Origin: Squalus acanthias
Lineage: Eukaryota
Direction: 5' to 3'
Length of the DNA: 64,000 nt
NCBI GenBank assembly: GCA_030390025.1
Contig: CM059438.1
Span: 66,776,001-66,840,000, forward strand
Part shown: positions 1 to 12,571 of the stretch, piece by piece
How positions within the stretch are numbered: position 1 is the first letter of the stretch
Layout: each line of letters begins with the position of its first letter
Notes under the pieces: generated by a model
Database searches by the model: none
The model's input: the letters and a program-made list of their open reading frames with translations, nothing else
What the model was told of the DNA's origin: nothing
Made by a program: the position numbers and the translations under genes

Positions 1-772
1 GCACGCGAGCACATGGCTGCCAGGGATGCAAGGGATGAACTTACCATGGCCAGATTTGTATAGGTTGGCCAAGTTGGCACATGTCCTTGGCTCCATGCTA
101 GGACTTCATTGACAATGGACATGACTCTCTGGCCTCCTTTCATTCAGGCCACCAACCTGACAATGCAAGTGTGGCGTTGCCCGCAATGTGGAGCTGCCTA
201 AGGCAAAAGTACAGATGGCATAATGCCAACATTTTGGCATCAAATCATGTTAATGCTTTCCAACAAGGATGGCATTTCATCAATGCACAGAAACAGTCTC
301 CCAAACTACACACAGATCTGGAGCTTATATCCCTTGCCAGCTGTACCCACACAACCTTGGTTTCTTTGGCAGGCCTCTTCCTCCGAGATGAGTGGAAGAG
401 GACCTCCATGCTAGTTCTCACCCCCTCAAACAACATTTGCAGTGCCTCATCCGAGAGCCTCGGGTAGGCCCTTGCCTTGGAATTGGATATACGGAGCTCA
501 AAAGATGTTGGAGGTGGTGCAGGAGAAGCAGAAAAGCTGTGGAATGAGCCAAGGGAGCAAGAAGTCATAAAATCAGACTGGAAAAGTGCTGTCAACAGAG
601 GCGAGTTTCAGTCCCAAAACACTAATTGAGCAAGGGCATCCCACACCTCTGAAATCAAGTGGGCAATCATGGGAAAATCTCAATTTTTGGAAAACTATCA
701 GTGGAGGCGAGTTTCTGACACACCCAAGCCGAAACCCGCCTCCATCTCGCCTCCAGTGAGAAAATCGCCCCC
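1..772 (-). mobile_element. PIF/Harbinger DNA transposon remnant; left boundary not determined (may run off the window)
   Basis: Terminal AAAATCGCCCCC at 761-772 (reverse complement GGGGGCGATTTT, a Harbinger-type TIR), followed by TTA. It contains a Myb/SANT-like remnant. Confidence 0.65.
300..480 (-). pseudogene. Decayed Harbinger Myb/SANT-like DNA-binding protein
   Basis: ORF 245..595(-) contains RAYPRLSDEALQMLFEGVRTSMEVLF...RKRPAKETKVVWVQLARDISSRS, which matches the Myb/SANT-like (MSANTD) pattern of Harbinger ORF1. Confidence 0.7.
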
Positions 773-775
773 TTA

Positions 776-1000
776 GGGGTAGAAATTCATTTTGGGCCGT
801 ATCATAAAATGGGCAGTCACTCATCGGCCACTCGTTATACGCCCCTCCCGATAGTCAGTTCCTTCGACTTCAATCGCTTTTGCATATTCTCTCTTCTTTG
901 GCTATGTCTCTCCGTCTGCAACGTCTCAGTCTTTCTCTCTGTAAGTCTCTCATTCCCTTGGGTGGGTCTGATAGGGAATGGAGCCGATTAAGAGCATCAG
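776..1000. mobile_element. End of a second Harbinger-type MITE abutting the previous TIR
   Basis: Starts GGGGTAGAAATTC, similar to the TIR at 4196. The other end was not found. Confidence 0.4.
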
Positions 1001-1514
1001 TGAGTTGCATTATATGAAATGTATGTGCATCCATTCAAGGGTTGTAGCGAAAATAAATATTATATAATCTAATGCATAAAATATGAATAATTTAGCTTTG
1101 GCAGTTTAGGTGCAATTAGTGCTCTGTACATAACTATTTGTCATGTTTCTAAGAGAACTTTATAGCGCCTTTCACAACCTCAAGATGTTCCGAAAAGCTT
1201 CACAGCCAATGAAGTATGTTTGAAGTGTTGTAACTGATGTAGGCAGAGAATATTAATTTACTCAATGCTTAATTCGGAGTTGTCATACAACTGAGCCAGG
1301 GGACATGAATATATTTAAACAAATACACACACACAAATCAGTGCTGCTAACTGAGCGTCCACTGGCTCAGCAGTAAGCACATTCTCTCCACAGAGTCAGA
1401 AGGTTCAAACGCCACTTCAGGATTTCAGCACAAAATCCGCACCGACACCAGTGCAGTGCCGAGGGAGTGTTAAACCGAGGCCCTGTCTGATGGTTCAGGT
1501 GGATGTATTTGAAG

Positions 1515-1728
1515 AATGTGAGAAGTCGCACAACACCAGGTTATAGTCCAACAGCTTTATTTGAAATCACAAGCTTTCGGAGCGCTGCTCCTTCGTCAGG
1601 TGAAGTCAGGATGAAGGAGCAGTGCTCCGAAAGCTTGTGATTTCAAATAAAGCTGTTGGACTATAGCCTGGTGTTGTGCGACTTCTCACATTTGTCTACC
1701 CCAGTCCAACACCGGCATCTCCACATCA
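1515..1728 (+). mobile_element. Palindromic Penelope-like mini-element (inverted pLTR ends plus ~35-nt tail) with TSD
   Basis: ~85-bp inverted arms (1515-1692) and unpaired tail GTCTACCCCAGTCCAACACCGGCATCTCCACATCA. ATGTATTTGAAGAA is duplicated at 1503-1516 and 1728-1741. The same sequence ends the GIY-YIG-bearing copy at 48738-49604. Confidence 0.85.
1567..1603 (-). ncRNA. Minimal type I hammerhead ribozyme motif
   Basis: Minus strand reads TCAC-CTGACGA-A-GGAGC-AGC-GCTCC-GAAA-GCTT-GTGA: helix I, core, helix II, GAAA and a palindromic AAGCTT helix III. Confidence 0.75.
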
Positions 1729-1957
1729 TGTATTTGAAGAAGGGATGGGTGTTTTCCTGGTGTCTTTGCCAACATTCCTACTCAACCAACATCAGGGAAA
1801 ACAGATTATCTGGTCCTTTATACATTTGCTGTTTGCCTGCATAACAACAGTGATTGCACTTCAAAAAGAACCCATTAGCTGTAAAATGCTTCATGGCATC
1901 TTATATACAGGATTATATATATTTAATTATATCTTATAATTATATATGTAATTATAA

Positions 1958-2338
1958 TGGGATTGTTCTCCTTAGAGCAGCGAAGGTTAAGGGGATTTAA
2001 TAGACGTGTTCAAAATTATGAGGGGGTTTTATAGAGTAAAAAAGGAGAAACTATTTCCACTGGCAGGAGGGTCGGTAACCAGAGGACACAGATTTAAAAT
2101 AATTGGCAAAAGAACCAGAGGGGAGATGAGGAGAATGCACTGCTTGAAAGGGTGGTGGAAGCAGATTCAATAGTAACTTTCAAAAGGGAATTGGATATAT
2201 TCTTGAAAAGGAGAACGTTGCAGGGCCACGGGGAAAGAGCAGGGGAGTGGGAGTAATATGATAGCTCTTTCAAAGAGCCGGATCAAACCCAATGGGCTAA
2301 GTGGCCTCTTTCTGTGTTGCATGATTCTATGAATCTAT
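1958..2338 (+). mobile_element. CR1 LINE 3' fragment
   Basis: GLFSLEQRRLRG-like coding remnant, 3' UTR and an (ATTCTATG)-type tail. Confidence 0.85.
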
Positions 2339-2939
2339 AATTCTTTCTTTACACGCTTGTTAATGCTTTAACTTGATCTCCTCAGTGTACAGAAATGAAG
2401 AAGTCGCCTGTGGTCTCTGAAGTCCAGCCCGTTGTGAGGACCGAGATTTGGGCTGAGCTGGTTAAATGTGCGTTGAAGACAGTTGATGTACATTGAAACG
2501 GACATCCCCAAAAATGGATACCTGCAAAGAAAATAGACCTACTGACAGTCTCAAACAACTGTAATCGATATAAACTGCACCTTGAAACCACGGACACTCG
2601 CAAATTACAAACTATGGACAGGCTGCAATACACCAAGTCCGTTGACCACTTAAAAGACTGGACATGCAGGTTAGTGCGAGGCAGCAGCGAGTGAAACAAA
2701 CAGGCTTCTGTGTAATGGAGGTCTCTTTACCCAGCATGCATAGAGGTAGAGAACCCACTCTATCTCTGGGATTGAATCTTGACCGCTCCTCTCAGGGTTC
2801 AAGGGGTTTCTCTGATGCGATGGATGCTGGGTAATAGATTTCCATAGACAAAAGCCAGGAACCGCCAGTCAGTGGATGGGTGAGGGAGTGAGTCGTGAAT
2901 CGAGAGCCCTGAAATCGTGGGATAAGGGCCTGAAATCAT

Positions 2940-3100
2940 GGGGGGGGCTCAAGAGTTGGAGGGAGAGGGAGACTGGGGAATGGGGGAGCAGGGGAGAGGG
3001 AGATTGGGGAAAGGTGTCTCAGGGGGAGAGGGATACTGGAGAATGGGATCAGGGGGTGAGAGCTGGAGACTGGGGGCTGAGGGGGAGAGATGGAGAGAAT
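2940..3100 (+). repeat. G/purine-rich degenerate tandem repeat
   Basis: Repeated GGGAGAGGGAGACTGGGGAATGGG-like units. Confidence 0.6.
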
Positions 3101-3264
3101 GGTTCTCCTTTTGTCCGTCCTCGGTTTACCCTCTCCACCTTCCCACGGGTGACATCCTGGTTCTTGGAGCTTGTCACACAACAGCTGCTGGCACTAAACC
3201 ACAAATAAAAATTCTCAACTACGGGGGACCCAACTTTTATGAGGTAAATCCAATAACATTTGTG

Positions 3265-3353
3265 GAAGTCATGTGGTCAGATGTCATGTGATCCGATGTC
3301 TGTGATCTAACGCCATGGTCAGATGTCATGTTGGTCAGAGCATCATGTGATCA
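3265..3353. repeat. Degenerate ~15-bp minisatellite (ATGTCATGTGGTCAG)
   Basis: About five diverged units are visible. Confidence 0.5.
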
Positions 3354-4195
3354 AACCTCCAGGAATGCCTCCAACCAAAGCTGCCGACCCTACTGCAGCA
3401 GTACATCAGGTACTGATGAGCTGCTAACAGACTCCAGCACTTCAAACATTAGCAGCTGCAGCACACGGAGGGAGCGGGTCCTGGACAGGGTTCTGCAGGA
3501 CATTAATTTCCCCCCACCACCCCCCCCCGCCCCCTCAATTTGGCTGGGATCTCCCAGGCTCTCCGGCCCTACAGCAGCCACCTTTCCCCGGGTAGGCTGC
3601 CAACATAGGATCAGGACATCCCTCCCTCAATGGGAAAGGACCCTGGGATGGCAATGAACTGGGAACTCAACACAAGCAGAAGATGAACTGAAATCACATA
3701 CAGCCGGCAGTCCACCAGAATTAGGCACGGTCCCAGGTGAGGGCGAAATAAAGAAGGAAAGCTGCAGGAGCTACAGCCAAACCCGGGATATTTGGCTCAT
3801 CCGGTTTGTTGTACATACAATGACCATTCCGAAAATAAGGACACCTGCCAATAAAGGGCACCTGATGCAAGTCCCTCAAGTGTCTCTAACGTTCAGGTTT
3901 CACTGCATTCTGATCTCTTTAAGTTAAAGCTCCTATGTTAAGATGAATGGAAGTATTTGTTGCTTCAAGGGAACTGGGAAAGAGATGGAATCTGACATCC
4001 CCCCTTTATATGTAAATAAAGCAGCACTGCTGTTGCACAAGAGGAGCAGAGATCCAACTCCAGGGGAGTTGCTTGTCTACTCCTCCAGAGCAGAAGTGTT
4101 GTCAGCAGCAAATGTAAATTTCTGTTGCAGCTGGCAGCTTATAGCGGGGGCGTTGGTGTTAATGTGATTAGCCCGTTGTAAGCATTGGACAGTAA

Positions 4196-5026
4196 GGGGG
4201 AGAAATTCGGTATCGCCCATTTTAGGGCGCTAATATCGGCCGGGCGCAAAGGTTTAGCGCCAGGCGCTAATTATCACCTCCGACTGCAAAATTCACCTCT
4301 ATGGCCCCTGGAGGTGATTTGAGCGCTAAATTAGGCGCTACACACCTCTCTTAAGGCGCTAACATCAGGGAGCGAGGAGCTACCTCAGAACGTTACCGAA
4401 GCTCAGGCGATGTCAGTTACCATGGAAGCCAGACAGACTGGCGCCGTCCAGTTCTTAAAGGGGAGGGGCCATCTTTCTGGCCAGCCACACCCTACTCATT
4501 GCAGCCTTGAATCTCGGCCTGGAGAGGCCTCTAAAGCAATTGTGTTGGATGCACTAATGGATAGGCCCAGGAAAAGAGCTCGGCACTTAGGAACCTCAAA
4601 CGTGGTGCTGAGGGCCAAAACTCCTCAGGACAGTGTTAAATCTTTCTGGACGTCCCTCTCCCTCTCAACCTGCGTGTACCAAATATTTTGCCTACAAGAA
4701 AAGGTAGGAAGTGGCCGCCTTTAAATAGTGCTCCCCCAGTCTCTTCCCGACTGCAAAACGTTCCCCACTACCTGTCGTTGCTAGCGGCAGGCGGAAAGGC
4801 AGGGGGCGCGACTCAATATCTGGTCCGGGGCGTTGCACGCTCGACTGACATCACAATCTGCGGGCGCAGGAGATCGTGGCGGTAGTGTTTAGCACCGCCA
4901 CAAAATGTCTGGTAAATTTCACGAGCGACGCTAAAAACGTCGCGCTCGGGCGCTAACTTCCTAGCGCCCCGTTAGCGCCCCCTGGAGGTGCTAATGGGAG
5001 GCGCTAAGCAACCGAATTTTCCCCCC
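4196..5026 (+). mobile_element. Harbinger-type MITE, family A (GCGCTAA-rich)
   Basis: 16-bp TIRs GGGGGAGAAATTCGGT / ACCGAATTTTCCCCCC and a 3-bp TSD TAA (4193-4195, 5027-5029). A second copy lies in inverse orientation at 53801-54695. Confidence 0.85.
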
Positions 5027-5659
5027 TAAACTTATAATAGATTGGCCAAAAGTGCTGTCGTACCAAGAACAGTCGCCACTGCCTCCTGACTATACATGAA
5101 AGAGTTCCTGAGTAGATTTAACAGCATCCCCTGTGTTTGGGTGACTCTGTGACAGATTCTAGTCTGTCCGTCACAGGGCTGAGCCGAACTCAGTTCTTGA
5201 TCCAAACGACGTGTTGTCTTTCAGCGACACCGAGAGACGAGAGTGAAAGAAAATGGCTGATTGGATTCTAATTCTGCCCCCCCCCCCCCCGGTTTACTCC
5301 TTCGTCAACCAACCAATTGGAGCAATCATAGTGCATCTTCTTCTCTAATCTATGTGTTTTTAACAGACACGGAATGAACCAGGACTGTCGGCGCACCCCT
5401 TTTACAGCAGAGGAGAGGCGACCACTGATGTGTGGTTCTCTCACTCCTCAATATAAACAGCCTAACTCACAGGAATCCATGGCCTCCTTGACCTGCAAAA
5501 ATGCAGGTCTATGAATTTCCCGTTGGGTTCAGGTCTCCGGTTGCAGCAAGCTAAATGGGTGGAACAAGGTGCCACACACTTGCATTCCTCTGACAGTCAG
5601 ATGTTCATATTTCACATCAGAAACCCAGCAGACCTAAAGTGAACGCCATTTGATGGCAC

Positions 5660-5866
5660 AATGAAAGGAATGTTGCCTAAGACATTGGGAGAATTCTCCA
5701 CTCTTGGAATAATACCACGGAATCGTTTACCTGCACCTGAACCACCACCTCCGGCAATATAGTGCTCCTGAAGTATGGAACTGAAATGTCAGCTGAGATT
5801 ATGCGCTCAAGTCCTGGAGTGGGGCTTTATGAATTAGAGATAAGTGCTACCAGCTGACCTAAGCTG
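5660..5866 (-). mobile_element. Degenerate Deu-domain SINE
   Basis: GCTCAAGTCCTGGAGTGGGGCTT...GTGCTACC matches the SINE head seen at 21187-21260. Confidence 0.6.
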
Positions 5867-6737
5867 GCCCACAGCATGGGGCATCTCATTTTATTTGCAT
5901 TTGTGAGCGTTTCATTGATCTTTACACCACTGCTTTGAATGCTTGTAAACAAATTTTTAAAAAAGTTTGCCCAAACACAAGGATAATATCCCTTTAATTA
6001 CAAATCAGCTATCCGAAATCCTGAACATAACTGATATCACTGTTGGTAGCTACTGGTGTAAAGTGCTCTTTCTCTGAAAAGGTTCATTTTATGCACAAGT
6101 TTAACGTTCGTGTGGGGCTGCATTATCTTTCAATACTGAAAAGGAATTTGCTACCTTTCCAACTCACAAAACGTTCAGTGAATCTTGCTAATGGTCCTGC
6201 AATTATCTTCTCATAACCGAGATGAGTGAATGGAAACACTCTTGAAGTAGTTTTCAAATATTCATTCTCTCAAAATCTGCATAGTTGAAGCTTGTCAAAA
6301 TCATACAAGAACTCCCTCAGGGAAATCACTGATCATTCTTTAGGGAACTCTGCATATGCAGCCTTGAGCACTCGATACTCTCTATTTTTAGTAGCGAACA
6401 GAAGCTGAATGACTGTGTTATTTGACTTCCAATTGCTGCCATCAACGGCACAAATGACAGAAAGCTAGCTTTTTGGAAACCCATCTTTTTAGTTGGTTTC
6501 CAAAAGTCAGAATCGCCAGAGAGGCTCTGACTTCACTTCCCAATAACATAAATGCTGATGAAAATGAAGTTAGTGGTGACAAAAGTGCGTGGTCACTGGG
6601 GGGTCCTTCTCCCAGCTTTTTTTCCATTCTTAGTTGTCACAATATTTTGTGGTATTGTGCCTTCTTCAGAATCATTGTTCAAGTTTTGGGATGAAACTAT
6701 AATCAAAAATAAAATGCATGCACACATTGTTGGTGAT

Positions 6738-8585
6738 TTTTTTTAGTGTCTTCTACCGTGAAGACCGATTCAAAATAATTGTTTAGAGTCTCTGCCATTT
6801 CTCTATTTCCCATTATTAATTTCCCAGTCTCATCCTCTAAGGGGCCAATGTTTACTTTAGCTACTCTCTTCCTTTTTATATACCTAATAATAATAGATAA
6901 TCAAGGGGCTATAGGGAGGGAGGAACTTAAAACAATCTCTATCACTAGAGAAAAAGCACTAGGCAAACTAATGGGGCTAAAGGCCGACAAGTCCCCTGGA
7001 CCTGATGGCCTGCATCCTAGGGTCTTAAAAGAAGTGGCTCCAGAGACAGTGGATGCATTGGTTGTAATCTACCAAAATTCCGTGGATTCTGGAGAGGTCC
7101 CAGCGGATTGGAAAACTGCAAATGTAACGCCACTATTCAAGAAAGGAGGGAGACAGAAAGCAGGAAACTATAGGCCAGTTAGCCTAACATCTGTCATTGG
7201 GAAAATGCTGGAATCCATTATTAAGGAGGTAATAGCAGGACATTTAGAAAATCATAAGACAATCAAGCAGAGTCAACATGGTTTTATGAAAGGGAAATCG
7301 TGTTTGACAAATTTGCTGGAGTTCTTTCAGGATGTAACAAGGGGATAAAGGGGAACCAGTGGATGTGGTGTATTTGGATTTCCAGAAGGTATTCGATAAG
7401 GTGCCACATAAAAGGTTACTGCACAAGGTAAGAGCGCACGGGGTTGGGGGTAATATTTTGGCATGGATAGGGGATTGGCTAACTAACAGAAAACAGAGAG
7501 TCGGGATAAATGGGTCATTATCCGGTTGGCAATCAGTAACTAGTGGGGTGCCACAGGGATCAGTGCTGGGGCCTCAACTATTTACAATCTATATTAATGA
7601 CTTGGATGAAGGGACCTGAGTGTACTGTAGCCAAATTTGCTGATGATACAAAGATAGGTGAGTTAGCAAGTTGTGAGGAGGACACAAAAGAGTCTGCAAA
7701 GGGTTATAGATAGGTTAAGTGATTGGGCAAAAATTTGGCAGATGGAGTATAATGTGGGAAAATGTGAGGTTATCCACTTTGGAAGGAAGAATGAAAAAGC
7801 AAATTATTATTTAAATGGAGTGAGACTACAAAATGCTGCGGTACAAAGGGATCGGGGGTCCTAGTACATGAAATACAAAAACTTAGCATGCAGGTACAGC
7901 AAGTAATTAGGAAGGCTAATGGAATGTTGGCCTTTATTGCAAGGGGTATGGAGTATAAAAGTAGGGAAGTTTTGATGCCACTTTACAGGGTGCTGGTGAG
8001 ACCGCACCTGGAGTACTGCGTACAGTTTTGGTCTCCATATTTAAGGAAGGATATACTTGCATTGGAGGCAGTACAGAGAAGGTTCACTCGATTGATTCCT
8101 GGGATGAAGGGGTTGACGTATGAGGAAAGGTTGAGCAGGTTGGGCCTATACTCATTGGAATTTAGAAGAATGAGAGGTGATCTTATTGAAACATATAAGA
8201 TTCTGAGGGGGATTGACAGGGTGGATGCTGAGAGGATGTTTCCCCTAGTGGGGGTATCTAGAACTAGGGGGCATAGTTTCAGATTAAGGGGTCGCCCATT
8301 TAAGACAGAGATGAGGAGGAATTTCTTCTCTCAGAGGGTCGGGAATCTTTGGAATTCTCTACTCCAGAGAGCTGTGGAGGCGGAGTCACTGAATATATTC
8401 AAGGCGGAGATTGACAGACATTTGAACTACAAGGGAGTCAAGGGGTATGGGGAGAGAGCAGGAAAGTGGTGTTGAGGCCAAGATTGGATCAACCATGATC
8501 TTACTGAATGGCGGAGTAGACTCGAGGGGCCGAATGGGCTACTCCTGCTCCTGTTTCTTATGTTCTTATGTTCTTATGTTTTTAT
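6738..8585 (+). mobile_element. 5'-truncated CR1 LINE with inverted 5' segment (about 6738-6882)
   Basis: Frameshifted ORF2: [67 protein letters not shown]. (TTCTTATG)n tail. Confidence 0.95.
6883..8475 (+). pseudogene. CR1 ORF2 reverse transcriptase, disrupted by at least 3 frameshifts
   Basis: ORFs 6779..7348, 7359..7619, 7673..7864 and 7888..8475 are consecutive RT pieces. Confidence 0.95.
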
Positions 8586-9219
8586 GTGATGAGTCATGCT
8601 ATGCAAAAGGTTCTGGCAGCAGTACTTTGCTACAGTACAAAATGTGACAGACAACATGAAGCAATTGGAATTCAAGTGGCCATATTTTCTGGCTGTCTGT
8701 TTTCATCCTTCTCCTGCAGAAACTACCCATACCACAAATGAAGCAGTTCAAGAGGGCGAAATCCCAAAAGCAGAGGAGTCTTTGTCTTCCTTGACGCACA
8801 TAGAAATGGTTGCACGCTTCAAATAGAGGGTAGCAGAAGAACTCACTGATCTATCAACCAGCTGACTAATTGTGTTCCTTCTCACAGGCCAGTGGACCAG
8901 AAGATTTCGTTTTTAAAGGTGACACATTAATAAAAGTTGACATGTTGACAAATGAGTAAAATTCTTCATTATGAGGAAAGTTTAATTGCAGAGCAACATT
9001 TATTTGCCGACTTGTTTTCTCCTTTCCTCTCCTGAGAGGACTGACAACCAGCTGTGTTATGATCTCACTCCAGTTCCCTCCTAGTTCGACCACGTGACTG
9101 TTCTTCATGTACAGGGGTCACTGAACTGCAACCAGGTTTATAATTTGCCTTCCTAGCCTAGGTCAGGTAGAATGCTCCTCTGGCTAAGATCAGCTAACTC
9201 AAAAAAACCAGGGATTTCT

Positions 9220-9430
9220 TAATTATTTCTTCTTCTCAAGATGTGGACAATGCTGGCACAGCTGCACTTATTGCCCATCCTTAGTTGCCCTGAGATGGTG
9301 TACCTTCACTTTGAACCGCTGCAGTCCTTGCATTGAAGATGTTCCACTGATGGTGTTAGGTAGGGAATTCCAGAATTTTGACCCAGCAGCGATGAAGGAA
9401 TTCAAGTCAGGATGTTATGCGACTTGGAGG
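9220..9430 (-). mobile_element. 3' end of LINE family X (CR1/L2-group), degenerate
   Basis: TTATTGCCCATCC...TTGAACCGCTGCAGTCC, as at 25175-25240. Confidence 0.75.
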
Positions 9431-10529
9431 TGATGAGATGAAACTTGAGACGTTCCCAGCACTGCATTGGGTGGTAGCATTACATTACATGGAGTGTTTA
9501 CTCACTGGGACGTCAAGTGAGCTACAAGAACAGTTTGAATTCTTTGCAATCCTTCATTTTATATAAACATGTCTCACTTCAAATGTTAATATGATACTTG
9601 TGGCTAATTCCCAGAAGATGAAATATCAAATCCAGTTACCTTTTACCTTACCTAAGACTAAAAATTAAATAGCATTTGGGAGTTCTCAGTCTTAAAATGG
9701 TCTTTATTGTTGTGTGGAGTGGACATTGTTCTTCATCTCTGAGATGTAACGTGGCAATGTGTGATGCCTGAGGTAAGATAAGTTGTATTTCATTTTTATT
9801 CCAAAGGGGCTGTTACTCTGAGGTGCAATTTATAAAGAAATCTGGCAAACGATACAGGAAACAGCTTGTGGCTAAGAAACAACATTTCTGAGGCACCCAA
9901 CACAGTGTTGCCATCACTTCACCTGCAAAGCTATAATCGACAAGCATCTGGTTTTAGCATTGTCGTTCACAAGCAGATGTGTTCTGCATGCAGATCTTGT
10001 ACAAAGCAAAAGCATCATCTACAGTTTTAATGCTGTCTGAAATCACTGCAGGTTAATAATTAAAGCAGTTTGGCATTTTGTTTTTTCAAATACCATCTAC
10101 AGTTTCTCTCTTCCGCTCTTCAAGCCTTGGGTTCAGCACTCAGAAACCATTGAACGTGACTGTTGGTTCTACCAAGAGTTTATCAGTGACCTTCCTGGGG
10201 GAAACCACTCACCATCCTCCCACTTGCATTTCACTCCATCTGGCTTGGAATGTGTTTTTCTTGCTGGTTTTCTATCCTGAAGATTTTGACTCCTTGCTGG
10301 GGTGTTGTTCCATGGACACAAGATCACCCTTTGGTATCCCACTATTATAGCCATTATAAATATGTGAGCCTCAGCAGTGAGTGCTGGCAGGCTAATCCAT
10401 CTCAGGAGGTATCACAACCAAAGCAAATCTCGCCCCCACGTGAGCAGTTCCAGCATGGAACCCAGATCCTCGGATAGCAACCAAGAATGGGAAGCCTAAC
10501 CATTATTTTCTTAACCTTGCCAGCCCCAC

Positions 10530-11160
10530 CCCTGAGGAACTCATGCAGAGATGCCCTGGGGCTAAGATGATTGGCCTCCAATAACCACAACCACCTTCAT
10601 TTATGCCAGGTATGACTCCAACCAATGAAGAGTTTTCCCCTTCATCCTCATTGACTTCAGTTTTTGTAAGGATTCTTGGTGCCACACGGTCAAATGCTGC
10701 CTTGATGTCAAGGGAAGTCACTCACACCTTTGCAACTCAGCTCTTTTGTCCATGTTTGAACCAAGGCTGTAATGCCTGTAGACAAGTGGTCCTGGGTGAA
10801 CCCAAATTGAGCGTCAATGAGTAAGTGCCCCTTGATATCACTGTTCATCTTCCATCACTTTGCTGATGATTGAGAGTAGGGTGATGGGGCGGTAATTGGC
10901 TGGGTTGGATTTGTTCTGCTTTTTGTGAACAGAACATACCTGGGCAATTATCCATATTGCCGGGTAGTTGGTAATGTTGTAGTTCTAATGGAAAAGCTAG
11001 GCGAGAGACATGACTAGTTAGGCGATCAGGTCTTCAGCACTACAGTTGGGATGTTGTCGGGACCCATAACCTTTGCTGTATCCAGTGTACTCAGATTCAC
11101 ATGGAGTGAATCGAATTGGCTGAAGACTGGCATCCGTAATGGTCGAAACCTCAGGAGGAG
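10530..11160 (-). mobile_element. Internal RT fragment of a CR1/L2-group LINE
   Basis: LDIKAAFDRV RT motif in ORF 10503..10721(-); heavily decayed. Confidence 0.75.
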
Positions 11161-11529
11161 GCTGAGAAGCACACTGACTTAGAGAGGCCAGTTTAGATCA
11201 AATTCCTAGGCATGCCCACGGCACATAGGATGTTAGTTGTGAGGAGAGGCTCAGAAAACTGAACTTATTTTCATTGGAGATAAGAAAATTGAGGTGTAAC
11301 TTGGCGAAGATGTTTAAAAGGCTGCAAGGCAGAAATTATGTGGATGAACACGGATAAATTCGACTTAAATTGCAACTGCAGAACTAGAAGGCACAGGATT
11401 TAAATATGAACAGGCCTCAAATGAGATGAAAACATTTTCACAGAGCTGTAGATATATAAAAGTGACTTCCACCAAAACCAGTTAATGACATGCAGCAGAA
11501 AAATGAAGTACTGACGCAGTTTACAGGAT

Positions 11530-11870
11530 GCAGTCGGAGGTACCGTCTTTCAGATGAGACATTAAACCAAGACCCTGTCTGTTCTCTTAGGTGGACATAA
11601 AAGATCCCTTGGCACTATTTCGAAGATGATCAGTGGAGTGATCTCCGGTGTCCTGGCCAATATTTATCCCTCAATCAACATCACTAAAACAGATTATCTG
11701 GTCATTATCACATTGCTGTTTGTGGGAGCTTGCTGTGCGCAAATTGGCTGCCGCATTTCCTACATTACAGCAGTGACTACACTTCAAAAAGTTCTTCATT
11801 GGCTATAAAGTGCTTTGGAACGTCCGGTGGTCGTGAAAGGCGCTATATAAATGCAAGTCTTTCTTTCTCT
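11530..11870 (+). mobile_element. Deu-domain SINE (5'-truncated) with L2-like tail
   Basis: GGAGGTACCGTCTTTCAGATGAGAC...GTGTCCTGGCCAATATTTATCCCTCAA...AAGGCGCTATATAAATGCAAGTCTTTC. Confidence 0.9.
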
Positions 11871-12571
11871 TATAAACACTTGCATTTTTTGGAACCAAAC
11901 CCAGAACCCCCAGCACTTCAGATATCGGTGTTAAATGTTTGACTTAGATGCTATAAGGAATGTTCATGTTAACTTCTTGGTGTAGTTAGTTCAATACAGA
12001 AGAACATAAAGGAACAAGAGAAGGCCACTTGACACATCAAAGCTCATTCCTCTGGTACCCTAAATCTCCCATAATGGCATCTCGTTTAATTTTGCTGGTC
12101 CCCAATGTTTTTGTCTGGCAGATTAGTCGAAATCATTTATCACTCATTGAGTAAAGAAGTTCTTCCAAATATCTTTTATATTTATTTTTCATTTTATGTC
12201 CTCTCTCCTACTTTGCTAGCTTAATCTGAAGGGTCATTCTCAGTTTACTTCATCCATTTAATATTTTATATTCCTCAATAACTGTTGTTTTTTCTGGACT
12301 GTACATTCTGAGCCCCTCTCTTTCCTTATGGCTCATTCCCATGACACTTGACCTTCTCCTATGTTCACATTCCCAATATGCTTGAATTCATATTTCATAC
12401 ATTCTTATAATTCTTAAATTTTTTATTTTGAGTTGCGTTCATTGCAACAGATATAAAATCATCGGCTCACCATCTGCTCAGTGTTTTTGTCAAATCTTCA
12501 ATTCTGGATTCCAGAGGATGCATAATCAAAGTTCGGAGAGCAGGAGGGGGAACTGTGTTTAAATCGGGTAA

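Larger units (their letters stand above)
1362..1900 (+). mobile_element. Deu-domain SINE (SacSINE1-like), degenerate, interrupted by a Penelope-like mini-element
   Basis: tRNA-like head TGGCTCAG, GTTAAACCGAGGCCC core and ACAGATTATCTGGTC body, shared with copies at 11530, 20795, 30735 and 63500. Confidence 0.8.

Noticed and set aside
2382..2535. Minus-strand splice acceptor TTTTCTTTGCAG and a possible host exon
   Set aside because: None of the three frames gives a recognisable peptide and no partner exons were found. A non-coding exon cannot be excluded.
2876..3291. Overlapping 110-117-aa Gly/Trp/Glu-rich ORFs
   Set aside because: Artefact of a G-rich low-complexity repeat.
3413..3450. CTGATGAG as a hammerhead core (also CTGATGA at 56226)
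   Set aside because: No helix II followed by GAAA, and no helix I partner.
3830..3905. Tigger/pogo-like TIR end (CAGGTTTCACTG)
   Set aside because: No matching opposite TIR or TA duplication was found, so it is too weak to call.
5340..5515. Plus-strand branch point/acceptor (CTAAT...TTTTTAACAG) and a possible exon
   Set aside because: Weak donor and unrecognisable translation.
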